Of a stretch of 64,000 bases of DNA, positions 56,845 through 64,000 are shown piece after piece. A program made the position numbers and the translations under genes. Position 1 is the stretch's first letter, and each line of letters starts with the position of its first letter. The notes under the pieces were generated by a model. The model was not told the origin of the DNA and ran no database searches. It saw only the letters and a list, made by a program, of their open reading frames with translations. This DNA is from a bacterium (GTDB lineage: Bacteria > RBG-13-61-14 > DATKZS01), in assembly GCA_963674965.2 (NCBI GenBank), contig CAXXFL010000006.1:64001-128000 (forward strand), read 5' to 3'.

Positions 56845-58026
56845 TCAATAGGCCTTCTTCAAAAGCTCGAGGGCGTCCTCGTAGGTGACCTCCTCGGGGT
56901 TCATGATGATGGTGCCGTCGTTGATGGCGGTCTTGGCGATCTTCTCGAGGAGACCCTTGTCCACGCCCGCGTCCTTGAGGGTGATGGGCATGCCGGTCAT
57001 GGAGTTGAGCTTCCTGTTAAGGTCCCTTACGGCGTCGGCCACCGCCTTGGCGTCCTGCTCGGCCACTCCCGAGGAGTCCGTCACCCCCATCAGCGGCGCC
57101 AGCTCGGCGATTATGTCTCCCACTTTGCCGATATTGTACTCGATGCCATAGGGCAGGAAGATGGCGTTGGCTATGCCGTGGGGCACGTGGGCCACGCCGC
57201 CCGCGGCGTGGGCCAGGCCGTGGACAACTCCCACCAGGGAATTGGAGAAGCTGACGCCGGCCAAAAGCGCCGCGTTGGCCATGTAGAGCCGGGCCGCGGC
57301 GTCCTTGCCGTTCTCGACGCACTTTATCAGGTTGTCCATGATCAGCTTGATGGCCGTGATCGAGAAGGAGTCAGACACCGGGTTCTTCTGCAGGCAGTAA
57401 TATGCCTCGATGGAGTGGGTCAGGGCGTCCATGCCGGTGGCGGCCGTGATCTTGGGCGGCATGGTCAGGGTCATCTTGGGATCGAGCAGGGCCACGTCGG
57501 GAAGAATCTTATAGGAGGTAAAGGACATCTTGACGCCCTTCTCGACATTGGCGATGACGGCGGCGGAGGTGACCTCGGACCCGGTGCCGGCGGTGGTGGG
57601 AATGACGATAAAGGGCTCCATGTCCTTTTTCACCCGCTCGGCCCCCTGGAACTGGAGAAGGTCGTCCGTGTCCTCCGTGATCACGATGTTGACGCCCTTG
57701 GCCGTGTCGATGCTCGAGCCTCCGCCCACGGCCAGGAGGCAGTCGCAGCCCAGGTCGCGGTACATCCTGGCCACCTCGTTGCATATCTTGTCGCTCGAGT
57801 CGGGAGGCGTCTTGTCGTAGATGCCGCCTATCTCGCGGTCGGTCCCCTCAAAGACCGCCTTGACTTTCTCGATCAGGCCCGCGCCCACCACGCCCTGGTC
57901 CGTGACGATAAGGGGCTTTTTGGCCCCGAGCTGGTCAAGCTCGTGGATCAGGCAGGGCAGAGCGTCAATGCCGCTGACTATCTTGACGGGACAGAAGAAC
58001 TCGTAATAGTCGGGTACGTAAGACAT
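56845..58026 (-). CDS. Iron-containing alcohol dehydrogenase
   Basis: GGGSSID.AK, PTTAGTGSEVT, DALTH..E, H..AH, H G.AN. Confidence 0.95.
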   Translation of the reverse strand: MSYVPDYYEFFCPVKIVSGIDALPCLIHELDQLGAKKPLIVTDQGVVGAGLIEKVKAVFEGTDREIGGIYDKTPPDSSDKICNEVARMYRDLGCDCLLAVGGGSSIDTAKGVNIVITEDTDDLLQFQGAERVKKDMEPFIVIPTTAGTGSEVTSAAVIANVEKGVKMSFTSYKILPDVALLDPKMTLTMPPKITAATGMDALTHSIEAYYCLQKNPVSDSFSITAIKLIMDNLIKCVENGKDAAARLYMANAALLAGVSFSNSLVGVVHGLAHAAGGVAHVPHGIANAIFLPYGIEYNIGKVGDIIAELAPLMGVTDSSGVAEQDAKAVADAVRDLNRKLNSMTGMPITLKDAGVDKGLLEKIAKTAINDGTIIMNPEEVTYEDALELLKKAY

Positions 58027-58053
58027 TGTTTTTCTCCTTTATCTTTGCGGGGC

Positions 58054-58587
58054 CTACTTCATGGCGTTAATGGCTAAAAAGGGCGTCAGGGTCGCGTATA
58101 TCATGGCCTTGATCATAAGTTCCCGGCCCGTGAATTTGGCGGGCCTCTTGAAAAGGTAGTTGAGCATGAGGGAGGGGAAAAGATATTTCTGCACCACCGC
58201 CATGGCCCGGTTGGCCTGCATGGCGTCGTAAAGGCTGCCGTGCACGATGGCGCGGTGCTGGGCGAAGGCCGTATGGGCCGGCATGAGACCGATAAGCAGC
58301 TTGACCGCGGCGTCCATGTTCTTGAACAGGATTTTCAGGTCGGCCGCCCTCTCCTTCTTGCCCAGGTACTTTAGTCTTCCGCCTTCTTTCAACACGTAAA
58401 TCTCCGGCCCCGCGGGCAACACACCAAGGCATAAAACGAAGCCATCCTTGAAGTCGGAGACCTCCTCCATGATTTTCGGGTCGCTCTTGCTTATCAACTC
58501 GAAGGCGACGCCCAGGGCTAAAAGGGCCGTCGAGACCAGCGCCCTCTTCCCCTGGTAGACGGCCTTGGCCGCGGCTTTTGCTTCCAT
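58054..58587 (-). CDS. Hypothetical protein (possible SCP2-like fold) co-transcribed with the alcohol dehydrogenase
   Basis: AGGAG RBS, host-like codon usage. Confidence 0.75.
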   Translation of the reverse strand: MEAKAAAKAVYQGKRALVSTALLALGVAFELISKSDPKIMEEVSDFKDGFVLCLGVLPAGPEIYVLKEGGRLKYLGKKERAADLKILFKNMDAAVKLLIGLMPAHTAFAQHRAIVHGSLYDAMQANRAMAVVQKYLFPSLMLNYLFKRPAKFTGRELMIKAMIYATLTPFLAINAMK

Positions 58588-58780
58588 ATCGTTTTCTCCT
58601 TTGCGAGTTTGAAAAATTCAAGAATACCGGCAATCTATCACATTAACGTGCAAGGCTCAAAGGGAAAAGAACCTTCAGGGCAATATTAACGATCGCCGCC
58701 GTCCAAAACGGGGCCGGCCTTTTCCCCATTATAAAACGGGGAGTATGTTCATGCCATATCCTGGTCGAGGTTATTCCACT

Positions 58781-59050
58781 TGGTCCCGCCGGGGCCGTCC
58801 AAGACCCTGGTTGCAGGGGCTTTGGGTACGGCCTCGGGGAGGTTTGGTCATTGCCTCGGCCATCAAAGCCACGCCTGTACGCTCGATTGAGATCATCCGG
58901 CCGATGTAGCCGACCGGAACGGCAGCGGGCTACAGGCTGGGTAAGCGCCTTCTCCGGAATTGGCTCCCGGACACCACGCTGATGGGTGGCGGACCGGCTA
59001 GGTGGGCCTCATTTGTTGCCCGGTCGAGATGGTAAACGCGGTGGGGATCA
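58781..59050 (+). ncRNA. Putative large structured non-coding RNA (family not recognised)
   Basis: Closing helix TGGTCCCGCCG/CGGTGGGGATCA encloses several nested stems; G-U pairs favour the + strand; followed by a GGCGCC hairpin and a T7 tract. Confidence 0.6.
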
Positions 59051-59195
59051 CGATAAAAGATGGCGCCCGCGGACCAGCACCCGGCGCCGGGGATTTTTTT
59101 ACCCTTTGATTTTTCCGCAAATTGCAACGGCCAATAACCTGGCCCGCCAAATCGTGATATCATGGCCCGCGATCATAAATGGGAGGACTCGAGTC

Positions 59196-60593
59196 GTGAT
59201 GCTTACGATCAACAACGCGAGACGGCCGGCCGCGGACCTTGGCTTTCTGCTTCACAAACGGCCGGGAAAGGCCCAGTCCTTTTCCCTTCCCTTCGGCGGG
59301 GCCCACGTGTTTTATCCGGAGGCGGGGGAGGACTCCTGCACGGCCGCCCTTCTTTTGGAGGTGGACCCGATCGGGCTTGTCCGTAAAACGCGGGGGACCA
59401 GGGGGGACTCTCACGCCCTGGCCCAGTACGTGAACGACCGTCCTTACGCGGCCTCGTCTTTCATGTCCGTGGCCATCTCCCGCGTGTTCGGGTCGGCGCT
59501 GAACGGCAAATGCAAGGACCGTCCCGACCTCGTTGATACTCCCCTGCCCCTTACGGCCAGGATATCGGTGCTTCCCTGCAGGGGCGGCGAGCCATTTTTG
59601 CAAAGACTCTTCGAGCCGCTGGGCTACAAGGTCGAGGCGGAGCGCCATCGCCTCGACGAGAAGTTCCCCGAATGGGGCGAGAGTCCCTATTTCACGGTCA
59701 CCCTGAGCCAGGAGGTCAGGCTCATGGACCTTCTGACCCATATCTATGTCCTCGTGCCCGTGCTCGATAATGACAAGCACTATTGGGTGACTGAGGACGA
59801 GATCGATAAACTCCTGAGGCGCGGCGAGGGTTGGCTCGATTCGCATCCGGACAAGGAGGTCATCGCCCGCAGGTATTTCAAACACCAGCGCCGCCTGGTA
59901 CGTGACTTCCTCGCCCGCTTGGTCGACGAGACGGACGACCCCGACCGGGCCCTGGAGGAGCAGGCCGGAGAGGAAAACGATATCGAGAAGAAGATCGGCC
60001 TGAAGGACCTGCGCCTGGCCGAGGTCGTCTCGGCGGTCCAGGAAAGCGGGGCCTCGAGCGTTCTTGACCTTGGCTGCGGCGAGGGCATGCTCTTGCGGGA
60101 ACTTGTCAAGATCAGGCGACTGGAGCGGATAGTGGGCATGGACGTGTCCCACCTCGCCCTCGAGAGGGCCTCGAGCCGTCTTAAGATGGACCGTATGTCG
60201 GATAAGAGTCTGCAAAGAATAAACCTCATCCAGGGGTCCCTCATGTACAGGGACAAGCGCCTGTCGGGGTTTGACGCGGCATGCGTTATCGAGGTCATCG
60301 AGCACCTGGACCCGCCCAGGCTCCGGGCCTTCGAGCGCGTGCTCTTCGAGTTCGCCCGGCCCGAAACTATAGTGATAACCACTCCCAACGTGGAGTATAA
60401 CTCGAGGTTCGAGGACCTGCCGGCGGGCAGGCTTCGCCACCGCGACCACCGTTTCGAGTGGACCAGGAAGGAATTCGAGGACTGGGCGAATGAAGTGGCC
60501 GGCCGCCATGGATACTCCGCCGGCTTCAGGCCCATAGGAGAAATCGACCCCGACCTGGGCCCGCCCACGCAAATGGGAGTTTTCCAAAAATGA
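59196..60593 (+). CDS. hen1: 3'-terminal RNA ribose 2'-O-methyltransferase Hen1
   Basis: MLTI....PA.DLGFLLHK, YVNDRPYAASS, LDN.KHYWV, LDLGCGEG, EVIEH, TPN.EYN, RH.DH.FEWTR.EF. Confidence 0.95.
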   Translation: MMLTINNARRPAADLGFLLHKRPGKAQSFSLPFGGAHVFYPEAGEDSCTAALLLEVDPIGLVRKTRGTRGDSHALAQYVNDRPYAASSFMSVAISRVFGSALNGKCKDRPDLVDTPLPLTARISVLPCRGGEPFLQRLFEPLGYKVEAERHRLDEKFPEWGESPYFTVTLSQEVRLMDLLTHIYVLVPVLDNDKHYWVTEDEIDKLLRRGEGWLDSHPDKEVIARRYFKHQRRLVRDFLARLVDETDDPDRALEEQAGEENDIEKKIGLKDLRLAEVVSAVQESGASSVLDLGCGEGMLLRELVKIRRLERIVGMDVSHLALERASSRLKMDRMSDKSLQRINLIQGSLMYRDKRLSGFDAACVIEVIEHLDPPRLRAFERVLFEFARPETIVITTPNVEYNSRFEDLPAGRLRHRDHRFEWTRKEFEDWANEVAGRHGYSAGFRPIGEIDPDLGPPTQMGVFQK

Positions 60594-63145
60594 AGCTGAC
60601 CGTTCCCGAGCTTTCCCTGGTGGTGATGATAGGGGTTTCCGGGTCGGGCAAGTCCTCTTTCGCCAGGAGGCACTTTCTGCCCACGGAGATACTTTCGTCC
60701 GACTTCTGCCGGGGCCTGGTCTCGGACGACGAGACCGACCAGACGGCGACCGACGACGCCTTCGAGCTTCTCCACTACGTCGCCTCCAAGCGACTCGCCA
60801 GGGGAAAGCTCACGGTGATCGACGCGACCAACGTGCAGACGGAGGCCAGAAAGCCGCTTGTCCAACTGGCCAGGCAATACCACTGCCTGCCCGTGGCCAT
60901 CGTCCTCGACCTTCCTGAAAAGCTGTGCCGGGAGAGGAACAGGGCAAGGCCCGACCGCGACTTCGGCTCCCACGTGACGCGCGGGCAGGCGAGGAACCTG
61001 AAGCGCTCGATCAAGGGGCTCAAGCGCGAGGGGTTCAGGCGTATCCATATCCTGGACTCCCCCGACAAGATCGAGGCGGCCGAGATAGTACGGGAGCCTC
61101 TCTGGAACGACAAGAAAGAGGAGAAGGGTCCTTTCGATATTATCGGCGACGTCCACGGCTGTCTTGACGAGCTTATCGTCCTTCTCCGCAAACTGGGATA
61201 CAAGGTCGGCGGGCGCGATGGCGAAGAGGGATGGGAGGTTTCGCATCCGGAGGGCAGGAAAGCCGTGTTCCTGGGCGACCTGGCCGATCGGGGACCGGAC
61301 GTTCCCGGCGCGTTCCGGCTGGCCATGGACATGGTGGAGTCGGGAAAGGCCTACGCCGTGCCCGGCAACCACGACGTCAAGCTCCTTAAATATCTGGACG
61401 GAAAGAACGTCCAGGTCAGGCACGGCCTTCTCGAGTCCATCGAGGGACTCGAGAAGGAAAGCGAGGAATTCAGGCGGAGGGTCGGAGAATTTATCAGGGG
61501 CCTTATCAGCCATTACGTGTTCGACGGCGGCGGGCTGGTCGTGGCCCACGCGGGCATGAAGGAGGAGCTGCAGGGACGCGGTTCCGGCCAGGTCCGGGAG
61601 TTCGCCCTGTTCGGGGAGACCACGGGCGAGACCGACGAGTTCGGCCTGCCCGTCCGCTACGACTGGGCCTCGGAGTACCGGGGCAAGGCCATGGTCGCCT
61701 ATGGGCACACGCCCGTTCCGGAGCCGGAATGGCTGAACGGGACCATCAACCTGGACACGGGTTGCGTTTTCGGCGGCAGGCTCACGGCCCTTCGCTATCC
61801 GGAGCGGGAACTGGTCTGGGTGGAAGCGGCCAGGCAATACCACGAGCCGGTGAAACCCCTCGAGCGCGGGGCTCCCGATTTTACGGCGCAGCAGGAACAC
61901 GACGACGCGCTCGATATCGATGACGTTCTAGGCAAGCGCCTGATCGAGACCCGCCTTCGTCGCGGCGTGACCGTCAAGGAGGAGAACTCCATCGCGGCCC
62001 TCGAGGCCATGACGCGGTTCGCGATCGATCCCAAGTGGCTCATTTACCTTCCCCCCACCATGTCGCCCACGGAGACCTCGACCGAGCCCGGTCTCCTCGA
62101 GCACCCCGCCCAGGCCCTGGATTACTTTCGAAAGCATAATGTAAGCCGAGTGGTCTGCGAGGAGAAGCACATGGGGTCGCGGTGCGTGGCGATCGCGTGC
62201 CGGAACGAGAAGGCCGCTCGCGAACGCTTCGGCGTCAGGGATGACGAGACAGGGGCCTTATATACCCGCACGGGCCGGAGGTTCTTCGATAATGACGAGG
62301 TCGAGCGTGAGTTCCTCGCCAGGGTGAGAAACGCGGCCGGGGCGGCGGGCGTCTGGGAGAAGCTCGAGACGGACTGGATATGCCTGGACTGCGAGCTTAT
62401 GCCCTGGTCGGCCAAGGCCCAGGAGCTTTTGCGAAGCCAGTACGCGGCGGTGGGATCGGCCTCCCGGGCGGCCCTGGCCCAGGCGATTAATGCCCTGGGC
62501 CAGGCGAAAAAAAGCGGAACCGACGTTCATGATCTTCTATCGAAATATACGAACAAGTCCCACATGGCGGACGGCTTCGTCGAGGCCTATCGCCATTATT
62601 GCTGGAACGTGGAATCCATATCCGACCTGAAGCTGGCGCCCTTTCACGTCATGGCCTCGGAGGGGGCCGTCCACGCGGACAAGGACCACCTCTGGCACAT
62701 GGAGACCATCGCCGGGATTTGCGACAAGGACGAGGAAATACTGCTTGCCACTGACTTCAAGACGGTCGAGCCGGGAGACGAGAAAAGCGAGGCTGAAGGG
62801 ACCCGCTGGTGGGAGGAACTGACGGGAAAAGGCGGCGAAGGCATGGTGATAAAGCCCCTCGACTTCGTGGCCAGGGGCGAGAGGGGCCTCATCCAGCCCG
62901 CGATCAAATGCCGGGGCCGGGAATACCTCCGCATTATTTACGGCCAGGAATATACCTTGCCCGAAAACCTCGAGCGGCTAAAGAAAAGGGGCCTCTCCAC
63001 CAAGCGTTCCCTCGCGCTCCGGGAGTTCGCCCTCGGCCTCGAGGCCCTCGAGCGCTTCGTAAGGAAAGAGCCCCTGCGCCGCGTGCACGAGTGCGCTTTC
63101 GGAGTGCTGGCCCTGGAAAGCGAGCCCGTGGACCCGAGGCTGTAA
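60590..63145 (+). CDS. pnkp: Polynucleotide kinase-phosphatase-ligase Pnkp
   Basis: Kinase G.SGSGKS, metallophosphoesterase GDVHG/GDL.DRG/GNHD, ligase EEKHMGSR, C-terminal ESEPVDPRL; ATGA overlap with hen1. Confidence 0.96.
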   Translation: MKLTVPELSLVVMIGVSGSGKSSFARRHFLPTEILSSDFCRGLVSDDETDQTATDDAFELLHYVASKRLARGKLTVIDATNVQTEARKPLVQLARQYHCLPVAIVLDLPEKLCRERNRARPDRDFGSHVTRGQARNLKRSIKGLKREGFRRIHILDSPDKIEAAEIVREPLWNDKKEEKGPFDIIGDVHGCLDELIVLLRKLGYKVGGRDGEEGWEVSHPEGRKAVFLGDLADRGPDVPGAFRLAMDMVESGKAYAVPGNHDVKLLKYLDGKNVQVRHGLLESIEGLEKESEEFRRRVGEFIRGLISHYVFDGGGLVVAHAGMKEELQGRGSGQVREFALFGETTGETDEFGLPVRYDWASEYRGKAMVAYGHTPVPEPEWLNGTINLDTGCVFGGRLTALRYPERELVWVEAARQYHEPVKPLERGAPDFTAQQEHDDALDIDDVLGKRLIETRLRRGVTVKEENSIAALEAMTRFAIDPKWLIYLPPTMSPTETSTEPGLLEHPAQALDYFRKHNVSRVVCEEKHMGSRCVAIACRNEKAARERFGVRDDETGALYTRTGRRFFDNDEVEREFLARVRNAAGAAGVWEKLETDWICLDCELMPWSAKAQELLRSQYAAVGSASRAALAQAINALGQAKKSGTDVHDLLSKYTNKSHMADGFVEAYRHYCWNVESISDLKLAPFHVMASEGAVHADKDHLWHMETIAGICDKDEEILLATDFKTVEPGDEKSEAEGTRWWEELTGKGGEGMVIKPLDFVARGERGLIQPAIKCRGREYLRIIYGQEYTLPENLERLKKRGLSTKRSLALREFALGLEALERFVRKEPLRRVHECAFGVLALESEPVDPRL

Positions 63146-63476
63146 AAACGGTCACGACTTTTATCAAGCGTCCCGTACTGAACCGCCGTGGAATGACGCG
63201 CTACCTGGATATCTTCGGACTCGGATGGCTCGCCGCATCCTACGGACATTTTGACCATTGGGGAACATTTGAGAAAGCGTCGACTTGATATTTTAACGAT
63301 CCATATCTCCTCGTCGAACTGGTATGGCCGATGGCAATTTCGAAAAGCCTCTTCCGATCCCGCATGATTGATTTATTATCGTTTGCGCGCGGATCATCTC
63401 AATGATAAGTTAGCTCACACAACGGGGAAAAAAAGGCAAACCGGATAGCAAAGCCAATATTATGGAGCATAACAAT

Positions 63477-64000
63477 ATGCAGGAAATACGTTTACCTTCC
63501 GAGGAAAGATACAAGGAAGAACTGGCTGCTCTGACCGCGAATGATGACGGGCCCCGTCCGGCCCGGTGGCAGCTTTCCCCCCGCGCGGTCGAGACTTTCA
63601 TCATGGGCGCGGACAAGCCCGTCATGCACGATAAAAAGAAAGTCGAAATCACCCCCAAGTATTACGGTGACAAAAGCCTGGTCCAGGTGGCGATCGCCAC
63701 CCTGGCCTCGGATCGCGCCCTGCTCCTGGCGGGCGAGCCGGGCACGGCCAAGTCCTGGCTTTCGGAACATCTGGCCGCGGCCATATCGGGAGCCAGCCAG
63801 CCGGTGATACAAGGCACCGCCGGGACCACCGAGGACCAGATCAAGTACGGCTGGAACTACGCCATGCTCCTGGCGGAGGGACCCAGCGAGAAGTCCCTTG
63901 TCAAAAGCCCCATCTACCTGGCCATGGAACAAGGCCGGGTCGCGCGGTTCGAGGAAATCACCCGCTCGGCCTCCGAGGTGCAGGACGCGCTTATCTCGAT
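63477..64000 (+). CDS. MoxR/YehL-like AAA+ ATPase, runs off the window
   Basis: Manual translation MQEIRLPSEERYKEELAAL...W.LSPRAV..FI.G...ATLASDRALLLAGEPGTAKSWLSEHLAAAISG...QGTAGTTED..KYGWNYA.LLAEGP...RFEEITR. Confidence 0.9.
   Translation, partial: MQEIRLPSEERYKEELAALTANDDGPRPARWQLSPRAVETFIMGADKPVMHDKKKVEITPKYYGDKSLVQVAIATLASDRALLLAGEPGTAKSWLSEHLAAAISGASQPVIQGTAGTTEDQIKYGWNYAMLLAEGPSEKSLVKSPIYLAMEQGRVARFEEITRSASEVQDALIS

Noticed and set aside
58781-59050. SRP RNA, tmRNA, RNase P or tRNA identity for the structured region
   Set aside because: No CAGG/GNRA/AGCAG helix 8, no tRNA-like ends with a TTCGA loop and CCA, no GAGGAAAGTCC core. A loose resemblance to HEARO 5' stems is too weak to call, and there is no iscB/tnpB nearby.
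58986-59195. N-terminal extension of Hen1 in the ORF track
   Set aside because: The Hen1 family N-terminus and a GGAGG RBS place the start at 59196/59199.
63193-63288. Small ORF MTRYLDIFG... after pnkp
   Set aside because: Weak RBS and no recognisable motif; cannot be supported.

Overview
GC-rich bacterial chromosome window whose gene content (fatty-acid/CoA metabolism, DsrC-like protein, PilZ proteins, rubrerythrin) suggests an anaerobic deltaproteobacterium-like organism; this taxonomy is inference only. The backbone is housekeeping and metabolic: acyl-CoA synthetase, FadH-like reductase, Mo-oxidoreductase/MarR, thiE-thiC, amgK-like, anmK, NtrC-type regulator, sulfatase, glgC, holB-ricT, acyl-CoA dehydrogenase, modE-ABC. 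Three AT-richer islands interrupt it. (1) 7.85-12.1 kb: internally deleted RAYT (HUH) elements with terminal inverted repeats alternate with foreign, partly truncated cargo genes, and a staggered array of nine truncated element ends is present. (2) 42.9-45.35 kb: hypothetical genes separated by GGGTGGC-type REP hairpins. (3) 53.7-56.4 kb: a translationally coupled ABC-ATPase / PIN-like / RNA-ligase operon, a candidate defence module. A hen1-pnkp RNA repair operon lies 2.8 kb further on, directly preceded by an unannotated ~270-nt multi-stem structured RNA candidate. Also notable are a circularly permuted cofactor-independent phosphoglycerate mutase, a tandem DsrC/TusE protein lacking the C-terminal Cys, and a small bS22/AURKAIP1-like protein missed by the ORF track. 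No rRNA, tRNA or CRISPR array was seen. All family assignments and RNA folds were made by eye.
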